This document shows, piece after piece, positions 17,429-28,500 of a stretch of 64,000 nt of DNA. Numbering within the stretch: position 1 is the stretch's first letter; every line of letters begins with the position of its first letter. This stretch comes from Desulfatiglandales bacterium (GTDB taxonomy: Bacteria; Desulfobacterota; DSM-4660; Desulfatiglandales; Desulfatiglandaceae): contig OY759599.1 of the NCBI GenBank assembly GCA_963662465.1, positions 3,104,001-3,168,000 on the forward strand, written 5' to 3'. The translations under genes were made by a program, and so were the position numbers. The notes under the pieces are model-generated. The model had not been told where the DNA came from. It saw only the letters and a list, made by a program, of their open reading frames with translations, and did not search any database.

Positions 17429-18610
17429 ATGAAGCGGTTACCGACGGGAATTTTCCTCTTCTTTTTTACCCTTGCGGGACTTTTCGCATGTGGCGAAAAA
17501 ATCGAGCCGGGGGAAAGAGCTTCCGCCCCCGGCCCCACAATCAAAGCGGTTGTCGCCAAAGCCGGTGTTTCACAACAACCGTTGATCTATGAGGCCGTCG
17601 GAACGGTTCAAGCCGGAACCGCCAGCACCCTGAGCAGTAAGGTGATGGGAACCATTCTTCATATCCGGGTCAAGGAAGGGAATCTTGTCAAGGCGGGAGA
17701 AGAGCTGGTGGTCCTGGATTCCCGCTGGATAACCACCCAACTGCGGCAGGCCGAAGCAGGCCTGTTGGAAGCCCGCAAGGCAGAGACCGCCGCCCTGGCA
17801 GCTCTGGAGGCGGCCAAAGCCCATGCCACCCGGGCAGGCGCCGCCTATGAACGTTCGCGCAAGCTCCTGGAAGGGGAAGCCACCACCCGGGAATCGTTCG
17901 AAGGCGCACAGGCCGCTTACAACTCGTCCGGAGCGGGAGTCTCTCAGGCCCAGGCCATGCTGGAAGCGTCCCGATATCGCGTCAAGCAGGCCCGGGCGGC
18001 GGTGGATGGAGCACGGGTCAGTCAAAAGGATACCGTGATCCTTTCCCCCTACGATGGCAAGGTTACAGCCAAGATGGTGGCGGAGGGAGACATGGCGGCG
18101 CCCGGCGCCCCGTTGCTGTCCCTGGAAAAAACCGGCGCCCATTCGTTACCCAGCGGGCAGGTGGATGTCATTCTCCCCGAATCTTATATCCGGAACATTC
18201 ATATGGACCAAAAGGTTCAGGTAAAAATTCCAGCCATTTCAGAAGCGCCCCTCCAGGGAACCGTGGAAACCATTGTCCCTCAGGCGGACGTGAAAAGCCG
18301 CACCTTCCTGCTAAAAGTCAAACTTCCGGAACACCCCTCCCTGAAACCCGGGCTTTTCGCAAGGGTGGCAGTGCCGGTAGGTGAGGATCACCTTCTGCTC
18401 ATCCCCTCTTCCGCGGTGGTTTCCCAGGGGCAGTTATCCGGCGTTTATGTTGTCAATCAGGAGAACATCGCGCGGTTTCGCCTGATTCGAACGGGGAGGA
18501 CTTTCGGCGATCAAGTCGAAATCGTTACAGGTCTCGACGAAGGGGCCCGGTTTATGGTAAATCCTCCGCCGCAAACGGTTGACGGCGCGCAAATTGAAAC
18601 CGCCTCATAG
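17429..18610 (+). CDS. RND efflux periplasmic adaptor (membrane fusion protein), probable lipoprotein
   Basis: LFAC lipobox-like; [11 protein letters not shown], coiled hairpin, [24 protein letters not shown]. Confidence 0.9.
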   Translation: MKRLPTGIFLFFFTLAGLFACGEKIEPGERASAPGPTIKAVVAKAGVSQQPLIYEAVGTVQAGTASTLSSKVMGTILHIRVKEGNLVKAGEELVVLDSRWITTQLRQAEAGLLEARKAETAALAALEAAKAHATRAGAAYERSRKLLEGEATTRESFEGAQAAYNSSGAGVSQAQAMLEASRYRVKQARAAVDGARVSQKDTVILSPYDGKVTAKMVAEGDMAAPGAPLLSLEKTGAHSLPSGQVDVILPESYIRNIHMDQKVQVKIPAISEAPLQGTVETIVPQADVKSRTFLLKVKLPEHPSLKPGLFARVAVPVGEDHLLLIPSSAVVSQGQLSGVYVVNQENIARFRLIRTGRTFGDQVEIVTGLDEGARFMVNPPPQTVDGAQIETAS

Positions 18611-18617
18611 GTGCTTT

Positions 18618-21600
18618 ATGGGTCCCGCTGGAAAAATCGCCACATTTTTTATCGACTCCAAGCTCACCCCCCTGATCATCATCGCCTCCATCCTTCTCGG
18701 GGTTGCGGCCGTGGTGGCACTCCCCAGGGAAGAAGAACCCCAGATCATTGTCCCCATGATCGATATCTTTGCACAGATGCCGGGGGCCGGCGCCAAAGAA
18801 GTGGAACAACGGGTGACCAAACCCATGGAAAAGCTCCTCTGGGAAATCCCCGGCGTCGAATATGTCTACTCCACCTCCAGCCCCGGGGGCGCAATGGTCA
18901 TCGTCAGATTCCGCGTGGGAGAAGACGAAGAGAAATCCATTGTCCGACTCCAGTCAAAACTCATGGCCAATGCGGACAGGATACCCTGCTGTGTTACCCC
19001 GCCCCTGATTAAACCCCGCTACATTGACGACGTCCCCATCCTGGCCCTCACCTTCTGGAGCAAAAACGCCGACCATTTAACCCTTCGCCGGGTGGCCGCC
19101 GAGGTGGAAGATCGCATCAAACAGGAACCCGACGCCTCCCTCACCACCCTGATCGGCGGGGTCAGCCGACGCATCGAAGTCCGGATCGATCCCGTCCGGC
19201 TGGCGGCCTATGGGCTGGACCCGGCTCGTATCTCCCAAATGATTTTCGCGGCCAATCAGGCCTCCGATGCCGGCCGGTTTCCCTCCCGGGAGGGGCAGAT
19301 CATTGTCCACACCAGCGGATTTCTGAAGACCCTTGAAGACGTAAAAAACGTGGTGGTGAGTGTCCATGGGGGCCGGCCCGTGTATCTGCGCGATGTGGCT
19401 GAAGTTCTCAATACGCCCCAGGATCCCGACCAGTATGTCTTCTTCGGCGCCGGGCCCGCGGGGCACGAGAAGGGACTTTCGGCGGATCTTGCCACTGAAG
19501 GGGTAAGGCCTGCCGTAACCCTCACCGTGGCCAAGCGCAAGGGCGCCAATGCCGTGAGCGTTGCCCATAAGGTTCTTGAACGAGTAGCGGAACTCAAAGG
19601 CAATGTGATTCCGGAAAACATCCGGACCACCATCACGCGCCATTACGGGGAGACGGCCAAGGAAAAATCCGATGAACTCCTCCTTCATATGCTGATCGCC
19701 ATTGTCTCCGTGACCCTGCTCATCTGGTTCACCCTGGGACTGAGGGAATCAGGCGTCGTGGCCCTGGCCATCCCCGTAACCCTGGCGCTGACCATGGCAA
19801 CCTTCTATTTCTACGGGTATACCCTCAACCGCATCACCCTCTTTGCGTTGATCTTTTCCATCGGCATTCTCGTGGATGATGCCATTGTGATCGTGGAAAA
19901 TGTGGTGCGCCACTTCCATCTGGAAGAAAACCGGGACCGTCCCAGGTTCACGGTGGCCATTGAAGCCGTGGACGAGGTGGGAAACCCCACCATCCTGGCC
20001 ACCCTCACGGTCATCGCGGCCATTCTGCCCATGGCCTTTGTGGGGGGCCTCATGGGACCCTATATGCGCCCCATACCGGTGGGCGCCTCCGCGGCCATGG
20101 TCTTTTCCCTCCTGGTCGCCTTTGTGGTAACGCCATGGGCAGCGGTCCGCCTCATCCATCACGAGACCCAAACGAAAGAGAAAACCGGGCAACCCCACAA
20201 GGATGACTGGTCCACCCGGCTCTACCGGCAGGTGATGAACCCCTTGCTCCATAACCCTTTTTGGCGATGGCTCTTTCTGTTGGGAGTGGTGAGCCTCCTG
20301 CTCCTTTCCTGCGCCATGGTGGGCCTGGAACTGGTCCGGGTAAAGATGCTTCCCTTTGACAACAAGAGCGAATTTCAGGTCATTCTGGACATGCCGGAGT
20401 CCGTCACCCTGGAACAGACCGCCGCAGCCGCCATGGAAATGGCCGATTATTTGAGGACCGTAAACGAAGTCACCGATTGCGAGATATACGTGGGGACGGC
20501 CTCTCCCTTTAACTTCAACGGTCTGGTCCGGCATTACTACCTGCGCCAGGGCGCCAATATGGCGGATATCCAGGTAAACCTTGCATCCAAAGGATTTCGG
20601 AAGGATCAAAGCCATGCCATTGCAAAGCGGGTAAGACCCGCGCTCAAGGCCATTGCGGACCGTTACGGCGCCAGGGTCAAAATCGCCGAGGTCCCACCCG
20701 GACCGCCCGTACTCTCCACCCTGGTGGCCGAAATCTATGGTCCCGATTACGACCGGCAGCGGGAACTCGCGGGCGCCGTCATGAAGATCTTCGAGAATAC
20801 ACCCGGGGTCGTGGATGTGGACTGGTACATGGAAGAAGATCAACCGCGATACCGGGTCAAGGTGGACCAGGAAAAGGCGGCGCTCCACGGGGTCAGTGTG
20901 GCCCAGGTAGCCGGGGTGCTTCAGTCGGCCTTAAGCGGCAGCCAAAGCGGATTGCTCCATGACCCCGAAGAAAAGGAAGACATTCCCATCTTCCTGCGGC
21001 CGGACCTGGCCTCCCGAGCCGGCCTCCATCGCCTGGAAGCCATGGAGGTGGCAACCCCCGACGGCGGGACCATCTCCCTGTCGGCCCTCATCAAGGCAGA
21101 GCGCACACCTTCGGATCGCAGCATCTACCACAAAAATCTCATGCCGGTGGTATACGTGACCGGCGATGTGGCAGGCGCCAAGGAAAGCCCCATCTATGCG
21201 ATCCTTGAGATGTACAAAAAAATCGAGGAGATCCCGCTTCCGGAGGGATATCAAATCACCCAGCATACCGCCGCCCTCCCCGAAAGTGATCGGCGCTTCG
21301 CGATGAAATGGGACGGAGAGTGGCACATTACCTATGAGGTTTTCCGGGATCTGGGGCTTGCCTTCGCGGTGGTGCTGCTGCTTATTTTCGTACTGGTGGT
21401 GGCGTGGTTTCAATCCTTTATAACGCCCCTGGTCATCATGGTGGTGATCCCCTTTTCACTGATCGGCATCCTCCCCGCCCACTGGTTGATGGGGGCTTTT
21501 TTCACGGCCACCTCCATGATCGGGTTCATCGCGGGCGCGGGTATTGTAGTTCGTAACTCCATCATTCTGGTGGACTTCATCGAGCTTCGCCTGGAACAGG

Positions 21601-21854
21601 GAGCGCCTTTGGATCAGGCCGTCATAGACGCCGGGGCCATCCGTTTCAGGCCCATGATGCTGACCGCGGCAGCCGTTGTGGTGGGGGCCTCGGTCATTCT
21701 CTTCGACCCCATTTTCCAGGGTCTGGCCATTTCCCTCATGGCCGGAGAAGTCGCATCCCTCCTCTTCTCCCGCATGACCGTTCCGGTCCTTTATTTCATG
21801 AGTCGGCGGGGGAAGAAGAAAAAAGAAACAACGTTATGTCTCCCGGCCACATAG
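18618..21854 (+). CDS. RND efflux permease (AcrB/CzcA family)
   Basis: [41 protein letters not shown]; start at MGPAGK. Confidence 0.93.
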   Translation: MGPAGKIATFFIDSKLTPLIIIASILLGVAAVVALPREEEPQIIVPMIDIFAQMPGAGAKEVEQRVTKPMEKLLWEIPGVEYVYSTSSPGGAMVIVRFRVGEDEEKSIVRLQSKLMANADRIPCCVTPPLIKPRYIDDVPILALTFWSKNADHLTLRRVAAEVEDRIKQEPDASLTTLIGGVSRRIEVRIDPVRLAAYGLDPARISQMIFAANQASDAGRFPSREGQIIVHTSGFLKTLEDVKNVVVSVHGGRPVYLRDVAEVLNTPQDPDQYVFFGAGPAGHEKGLSADLATEGVRPAVTLTVAKRKGANAVSVAHKVLERVAELKGNVIPENIRTTITRHYGETAKEKSDELLLHMLIAIVSVTLLIWFTLGLRESGVVALAIPVTLALTMATFYFYGYTLNRITLFALIFSIGILVDDAIVIVENVVRHFHLEENRDRPRFTVAIEAVDEVGNPTILATLTVIAAILPMAFVGGLMGPYMRPIPVGASAAMVFSLLVAFVVTPWAAVRLIHHETQTKEKTGQPHKDDWSTRLYRQVMNPLLHNPFWRWLFLLGVVSLLLLSCAMVGLELVRVKMLPFDNKSEFQVILDMPESVTLEQTAAAAMEMADYLRTVNEVTDCEIYVGTASPFNFNGLVRHYYLRQGANMADIQVNLASKGFRKDQSHAIAKRVRPALKAIADRYGARVKIAEVPPGPPVLSTLVAEIYGPDYDRQRELAGAVMKIFENTPGVVDVDWYMEEDQPRYRVKVDQEKAALHGVSVAQVAGVLQSALSGSQSGLLHDPEEKEDIPIFLRPDLASRAGLHRLEAMEVATPDGGTISLSALIKAERTPSDRSIYHKNLMPVVYVTGDVAGAKESPIYAILEMYKKIEEIPLPEGYQITQHTAALPESDRRFAMKWDGEWHITYEVFRDLGLAFAVVLLLIFVLVVAWFQSFITPLVIMVVIPFSLIGILPAHWLMGAFFTATSMIGFIAGAGIVVRNSIILVDFIELRLEQGAPLDQAVIDAGAIRFRPMMLTAAAVVVGASVILFDPIFQGLAISLMAGEVASLLFSRMTVPVLYFMSRRGKKKKETTLCLPAT

Positions 21855-21857
21855 CGT

Positions 21858-21887
21858 TTGCCATTTGGGAAAGCCGTCTGGTATAAT
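21858..21887 (+). promoter_or_regulatory. Sigma70-type promoter for the AAA-nuclease gene
   Basis: TTGCCA-18nt-TATAAT with extended -10 TG. Confidence 0.45.
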
Positions 21888-21908
21888 TTCCCAAAACCTT
21901 TCTGAGAG

Positions 21909-23639
21909 ATGTCGGAAATGAAAAAACGGATACTATACGCCGAGGCCAATTATCAGGCTATCGTCCACGAACACGGATATTTTGTGGACAAAACCGCCTA
22001 CATCGCCACACTGGAGGCTGTTAAGAACCCGGTATTTCTCCGCCCGAGACGCTTCGGTAAGTCCCTTTTGTGCACCATGCTGGAGAGTTATTACAGCATT
22101 CTGTATAAAGACCGGTTTGACGAACTGTTCGGCCATACCTGGATCGGCCGGAACCCGACGCCGCTGCACAATGGTTTTTTTGTGCTGCATCTGGATTTTT
22201 CCGTTGTTGAAACCGGGGACATGGCGGTTATGGAGAAGAGTTTCAATCGCACTGTCAACCTGGAACTGCAATCCCTGATCGGTCGCAACAGGATATGGTT
22301 TAAAAACGATGTAACGGTCAGCATGGAAGAAAGTGGAACAGGCAATCTGCAAAATACATTGAAATACATAAAAGAAAATGGGCTGCCCGTCCTTTTCGTC
22401 ATCATCGACGAATACGACAACTTTGCCAACCAGCTCATTACCGGGCACAAAGATCATCTGTACAAACAGCTCATGGCGAATGAAGGCTTTTTGAAAACCT
22501 TTTTCAAACTTCTGAAAGAGGGCCGCAAGACCGGGGCCATTCACAATGTGTTCATCACCGGTGTACTCCCCATTACCATCGATGAACTGGCGTCCGGTTT
22601 CAATATCGCCAATTTCATCACCCTGGAACCGGAGTTCGAGAACATGTTAGGCTTTACCCAGACCGAAGTAGATCGGCTGCTGGATGAAATCTATGAGGAT
22701 TTTCAGTTCGATCCGGCCACCAGGGCGGAAACGGACGCCGTCATCAAAAGCAACTACAACGGTTATCATTTTGTTGATCCGGATGGCGAAACACTGTACA
22801 ACTCCACCATATTGCTCTATTTTCTGAACTATTTCACCCGATACGGCGTGTTTCCTGAATACCTGACCGATTTGAACCTCAAGACCGATCTGTTGTGGGT
22901 GCGGCGCATCACCGGCTCCAATCCCGAAAACACCAAAGAATTTGTAGATCAGATCCTCCTGCGCGGGGATATTGAATTTGACAAGACCTTCCTGATCTCC
23001 AAGTTCAATATGAGCCAGTTTTTTGAAAAGGGGTTTTTCCCCATCTCCTTTTTCTATCTCGGCATGCTGACCCGGAAGGACGACTTCAGTCTTGCCCTTC
23101 CCAATCTGAACATGCGCCGGATATTTGTGGAATACTTCAATGAGCTGTACCGTATTGACGTGTCCACCCGCTACAGGGAGATCATGCGGGGGTTTGTCAA
23201 CGACCTGGATCTGCACGCCCTGTTTGCGGGCTACTGGAGAGAATACGTGTCCCAGCTTCCGGAGGCTGTTTTCCAGCAGGTCAATGAAAACTTCTATCTC
23301 ACCACCTTCTACGAGCTTTGCAGCCGCTATCTTTCCAAGTGGTTCGTATGGAATGTCGAGCGTTCCTACCCCAAAGGCCGCACCGACCTGGAATTCGTCG
23401 GCAAATACAACGAATGCTTTGCCGGAATCCGCATGGTGATCGAATTCAAATACTTTTCCAATACGGAATTCAAGAAGCTCAAGACCACCATCGAAAATTT
23501 TGAACTGCTGGAAGGAGACACGAGACAGATTGCCGGGTACGTGGAAGGACTGCAACAGGAATATTCAGAGGCAAAGGTATCGCAATATGTGATCTATTGT
23601 TTCGGCAATCAGGGGCACCGGGTGTTTACAGTTTCTTGA
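21909..23639 (+). CDS. AAA-ATPase-like protein with C-terminal PD-(D/E)xK nuclease domain
   Basis: YFVDKT, RPRRFGKS (Walker A), IIDEYD (Walker B), YNGYHF, NENFY, GRTDL...IEFKY. Confidence 0.88.
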   Translation: MSEMKKRILYAEANYQAIVHEHGYFVDKTAYIATLEAVKNPVFLRPRRFGKSLLCTMLESYYSILYKDRFDELFGHTWIGRNPTPLHNGFFVLHLDFSVVETGDMAVMEKSFNRTVNLELQSLIGRNRIWFKNDVTVSMEESGTGNLQNTLKYIKENGLPVLFVIIDEYDNFANQLITGHKDHLYKQLMANEGFLKTFFKLLKEGRKTGAIHNVFITGVLPITIDELASGFNIANFITLEPEFENMLGFTQTEVDRLLDEIYEDFQFDPATRAETDAVIKSNYNGYHFVDPDGETLYNSTILLYFLNYFTRYGVFPEYLTDLNLKTDLLWVRRITGSNPENTKEFVDQILLRGDIEFDKTFLISKFNMSQFFEKGFFPISFFYLGMLTRKDDFSLALPNLNMRRIFVEYFNELYRIDVSTRYREIMRGFVNDLDLHALFAGYWREYVSQLPEAVFQQVNENFYLTTFYELCSRYLSKWFVWNVERSYPKGRTDLEFVGKYNECFAGIRMVIEFKYFSNTEFKKLKTTIENFELLEGDTRQIAGYVEGLQQEYSEAKVSQYVIYCFGNQGHRVFTVS

Positions 23640-23748
23640 AGATGTATGAGAATCAGTCGAGTCCCGTAGAGAAAGCAGCTGACACCTTATTAGCATTGCG
23701 GCTTACAAGGGTCATTATGAAAATTAAAACGACGAAAGGAACAGGAAT

Positions 23749-25404
23749 ATGACAGCGGAAACAGCCCCACTCATGGAACGTCCGGCCTGGAAGGCCCTGG
23801 AAGCCCACTACCGGGAAATTCGGGAAGTGCATCTCCGGAAACTCTTTGCGGATGATCCCGGTCGCGGCGAGCGGATGACCGCCGAGGCCGCGGGCCTTTA
23901 TCTGGATTACGCCAAGAATCGCATCACCGATGAAACCATTCGGTTGCTCCTGCAACTGGCCGGGGAATCGGGCCTGCGAGCCCGGATTGACGCCATGTTC
24001 CGGGGAGAAAAAATCAACCTTACGGAAAACCGGGCCGTTTTACATGTGGCCCTTCGCGCCCCGAAGGGCGCCGTTATCGTCGTGGACGGCGAGAACGTGG
24101 TGCCTCGGGTCCATGAGGTGCTGGACACAATGGCCGACTTTTGCGCCCGCGTCCGGAGCGGCGCCTGGCTGGGACATACGGGAAAACCCATTCGAAACGT
24201 CATCAACATCGGCATCGGGGGCTCCGACCTGGGGCCGGTGATGGCCTACGAGGCCCTCAGGCACTACAGCGAGCGCGCCATGACCTTCCGTTTCGTTTCC
24301 AATGTGGATGCCACCGACTTCGCGGAGGCGGTCCGGGATCTGGATCCGTCGGAAACCCTCTTCATCATCTCTTCCAAAACCTTTACCACCCTGGAAACCA
24401 TGACCAACGCCCATACGGCCCGCGACTGGTTGGTGGCGGGTCTCGCGGGCGACGAAAAATCGGTGGCCCGGCATTTTGTCGCGGTCTCCAGCAACTCCGA
24501 AGGGGTGGGCAAATTCGGCATCGATACCGCCAATATGTTCGAGTTCTGGGACTGGGTCGGCGGCCGCTACTCCCTGGACTCGGCCATCGGCCTCTCCACC
24601 ATGCTGGCCATCGGTCCGGACCATTTCCGTGCCATGCTGGAGGGGTTCCATGAGATGGACGAGCATTTTCGCACAGCCCCCTTCGCGGACAACCTGCCGG
24701 TCCTCATGGGCCTTTTGGCGGTCTGGTACAACAACTTTTTCGGCGCCGAAACCGTGGCGGTCCTGCCGTACGATCAGTATCTAAAACGATTTCCGGCCTA
24801 CCTGCAGCAACTCACCATGGAGAGCAACGGCAAACACGTCCGGCTGGACGGCACCCAAACCCCTTACCGGACCGGTCCCATCTACTGGGGCGAACCGGGA
24901 ACCAACGGCCAGCATTCTTTCTACCAGTTGATGCATCAGGGAACCCGACTCATTCCCGCTGATTTCATTGCCTTCATCCAGCCGCTCAACCCCCTGGGCC
25001 GGCATCACGACATACTCCTGGCCAACGTCTTTGCGCAGGCGGAAGCGCTGGCTTTCGGCAAGACACCAGAAGAGGTGAAGGCTGAGGGAACACCGGATTG
25101 GCTCGTTCCCCATCGGGTCTTTCAGGGTAACCGCCCTTCCAACATTCTCTTAGCCGAGCGCCTCACGCCGGAAATCCTGGGCAAACTCGTGGCCCTCTAC
25201 GAGCACAGCGTCTTTACCCAGGGGATCATTTGGGGCATCAACTCCTTCGATCAGTGGGGTGTCGAACTGGGCAAGGCCCTGGCCCAGCGCATCACCCCGG
25301 AGCTTTCGAGCCGGGAGGAACCCGGACTCCATCACGATAGTTCCACGAATACCCTGATCCGGCGCTGCCGTAAGATCAGAGGGGGTTCCGAATCAGGGCG
25401 TTAG
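23749..25404 (+). CDS. pgi: Glucose-6-phosphate isomerase
   Basis: [51 protein letters not shown]. Confidence 0.98.
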   Translation: MTAETAPLMERPAWKALEAHYREIREVHLRKLFADDPGRGERMTAEAAGLYLDYAKNRITDETIRLLLQLAGESGLRARIDAMFRGEKINLTENRAVLHVALRAPKGAVIVVDGENVVPRVHEVLDTMADFCARVRSGAWLGHTGKPIRNVINIGIGGSDLGPVMAYEALRHYSERAMTFRFVSNVDATDFAEAVRDLDPSETLFIISSKTFTTLETMTNAHTARDWLVAGLAGDEKSVARHFVAVSSNSEGVGKFGIDTANMFEFWDWVGGRYSLDSAIGLSTMLAIGPDHFRAMLEGFHEMDEHFRTAPFADNLPVLMGLLAVWYNNFFGAETVAVLPYDQYLKRFPAYLQQLTMESNGKHVRLDGTQTPYRTGPIYWGEPGTNGQHSFYQLMHQGTRLIPADFIAFIQPLNPLGRHHDILLANVFAQAEALAFGKTPEEVKAEGTPDWLVPHRVFQGNRPSNILLAERLTPEILGKLVALYEHSVFTQGIIWGINSFDQWGVELGKALAQRITPELSSREEPGLHHDSSTNTLIRRCRKIRGGSESGR

Positions 25405-25448
25405 GGCTTAATGAATACGCTGTTAGCGATTCTTCAAAACCATTTTTG

Positions 25449-25493
25449 CGACCACCCCAACGTCGCCAATGGGATTATCGGTTTATGCCGAAT
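25449..25493 (+). repeat. 45-bp direct repeat, copy 2
   Basis: Identical to 10635-10679. Confidence 0.9.
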
Positions 25494-25560
25494 CACCTTT
25501 AAGCTTCCATCAGTTCGTTGGATTATCTCCCCGCCCTGCGCTATGCGCTTTGCTTTACCC

Positions 25561-28500
25561 TCAGGGCACGATGTTTAGATTCTGCAGCGTTAACGAGCCC
25601 TTGGGGGCCTTGGGCGCACCCTGAAGGGTCGTTGTGCCGGCATCGGGATTCTTGAAAGAGGCATCCCATCCGCCCTGAAGCACCAGGATATTGTCCGCAT
25701 TGAGGGTAAAACTGCCGTCGTATGTCGTCTCTGATGATGCAATCAATATGACGGTGCCGTTGGCGGCAGCCTCGACCGCCTCTTTCACGGTCCGGTGGCA
25801 AGGCGTTTCGCCCCCGCACCAGCCGTCGCTGCACACATACCGCCTGGGACCGGCCGTCCACTGGGCGTACAATGTCACACCGGCGCCCGGCATATTGAAT
25901 GTATCCCCCGGACCGTAGGCGTCTCCGCCGCCGTTCGCGGCCGTGTTCCAGCAGTTGAATAAATAGCCGGTCCTTACCAAAGATCCGGGCGCCAATACGG
26001 TAACTTCATCACCCTCCTCATAACGATTTTCATCCACCGGTGCGGACCCTCCGGTGTTGCCGTTTCCGTTGTAGGCAACCGTGAAGATACGAAACGCGCA
26101 GGCCCCGATGGTGGGGTTGCTTTCCTGCCGGGTCAGCCCCCGCTGATCCGTGGTGATTTTGTCGGACGGCTGTGCATTCGAGGGCGTGCCCCAGTCGGAC
26201 AGCTTGTGGGCATTGTTCTCATTGTCGTAGAAATAGTAGCCGTCTGTTTCGTTGTAATAGACGTAGGCCCCGCCGGATACCGCCGGACAGGACGGATTGA
26301 GTACCGCCATGGTCAGGGTCAGGCCGCCGTAATCCGCCAGGGGCCCCAGGTCGCCGGCCGTGTACGCATCGGTTTGGTTGGGGGCCAAGGCGTTGCCGGA
26401 AATCATCCCGCTTGTTTCGGCAAACCAGGCATAATAGGCGGTGGCGGTCGCGCTGCCCAAAAGAGATATGTCCCCGCCTGAATTGGCCGTATTATTGACA
26501 ACGATGCTGTTCAGAAGGTAACAAGCGGCCCCGGAGCCTGAAGAGAAAGCTATCCCCCCGCCATGATTAACAGCCTCGTTGCCGCTGATGGTACAATTCG
26601 TCAGGGTCAGGGCGCCGTCGGAAAATATCCCCCCGCCATTAAAAAATGCCTCGTTGCCGCTGATGGTACAGTTCGTCAGGGTCAGGGCGCCGTCGGAAAA
26701 TATCCCCCCGCCCTCGCCGGCCTTCGACCCGGACACCGTGACCGTATCCATATGGAGGGTCCCGCTTTCCAGCAGAATGGCACCGCCCTTCTTGGTTGGG
26801 TATGCATTTCCAAGATTTCCACCCTTAACGGTCATGTTGGAGATAACCACCGTCCCATCACTGATTTGGAACACTCGAAAATTGCTCACCCCCGGGTCCG
26901 TCACCTGTACCGTTACCATATTATGGGTGTTCAGATTGGTTCCGTCAATACGAAGGCCTTTATCAATTAGGAGTTCTGAGTCGATGTTAATGGTGTCACC
27001 AGGCATATTTAATAAAATAGTATCACCCTCTTTTGCTGTCGCAATGGCGTTACGCAGGGTTCCCGCGCCCAAATCAAGGTTGCTGGTCACCTCCCATACC
27101 GAAGGCTCGTAGGCCCCGATGGTGGGCGTGCTGTTTTCCCGGGTCAGACCCCGCTGGTCCGTGGTGATTTTGTCCGACGGCTGTGGATTCGAGGGCGTAC
27201 TCCAGTCGGACAGCTTGTGGGCATTGTTCTCATTATCGTAGAAATAGTAGCCGTCTGTTTCGTTGTAATAGACGTAGGCCCCGCCGGATATGGCCGGACA
27301 GGACGGATTGAACACCGCCAGGGTTTGGGTGGGGCCGCCGTTGTCGGCTAGGGGTCCCAGATCGCCGGCGGCGTAGGCCGCGGTTTGGTTGGGCGCCGTT
27401 TCCTCGCCTGAAATCGTCCCGATTGTATCAAGAAACCAGCAGTAATAGGCGGCACTGCTCGACACGGGCGTAAGACACAGGTCCCCGCCCGTATTATTGA
27501 CAACGATGCTGTTCAGGAGGTGGCGATTGGCACTTGAATAGATGCCCCCGCCCCAATTTGCCGCGTTGCCGCTCACGGTGGTGTTCGTCAGGGTCAAGGT
27601 GTCGTTGGAATAGATCCCCCCGCCCTCGTCTTCGGTGGTATTGCCGCTGATGGTGCTGTTGGTCAGGGTCGTCGAGGCACCGCCGGAATAGATTCCCCCG
27701 CCATCCTCCCCTGCCGCGTTGCCGCTGACGGTGGTATTCGTCAGGGCCAAGGCGCCGTTGGAACAGATCCCCCCGCCAGAGGCCTTGGTCATGGTCGATG
27801 CCACGTTGCCGCTGATGGTGCTGTTCGTCAGGGTCAGGGTGCCGGAGTAACAGCATATCCCCCCGCCCAGGATATCCGCCGCGTTGCCGCTGACGGTGCA
27901 GTTCGTCAGGGTCAAGACGCCGTTGGAAAATATCCCCCCGCCCCGCATACTCTTAGACCCGGACACCGTGACCGTATCCATATTCAGGGTACCATTTTGC
28001 AGCCGAATGCCGGCGCCATCCTCCCTTATTATACCCGTAAGATCTCCGCCCGTGACGGTCATGTTGGAGATGTTGATGGTCTCGCCGGCCGCGTCGATAT
28101 CGAACACCCGCCACCCGCTCACGCCGGGCTCAGTCACCTGCACAGTAATCGACGTCCCGCTCCCGGCGGTGTTGGCCCCGTCGATGGTGAGGCTTTTCCC
28201 GCTGATGCTGAGTTCTGATTCGCTGGTGATGGTCTCTTGTCCTTCCGGCAGGTTAAAGGTGATGGTATCGCCGTCGCCTGCCTTGTCAATCGCATCGCGC
28301 AGGCTCCCCGGGCCGTCGTTATGGTGGGTCAACACCGTAGAGGAAAAGTACGCGCATGCGCCGATGGTGACGCCGTCTTCCCGGAATGTTCCCCGCTGAT
28401 CCGTGGTGATTTTGTCGGCGTCTTTTGGATTCGAGGGCGTGCTCCAGTCGGAGAGCTTGCGGGCGACGTTCTCAGTATCGTAGAAATAGTAGCCGTCCGT

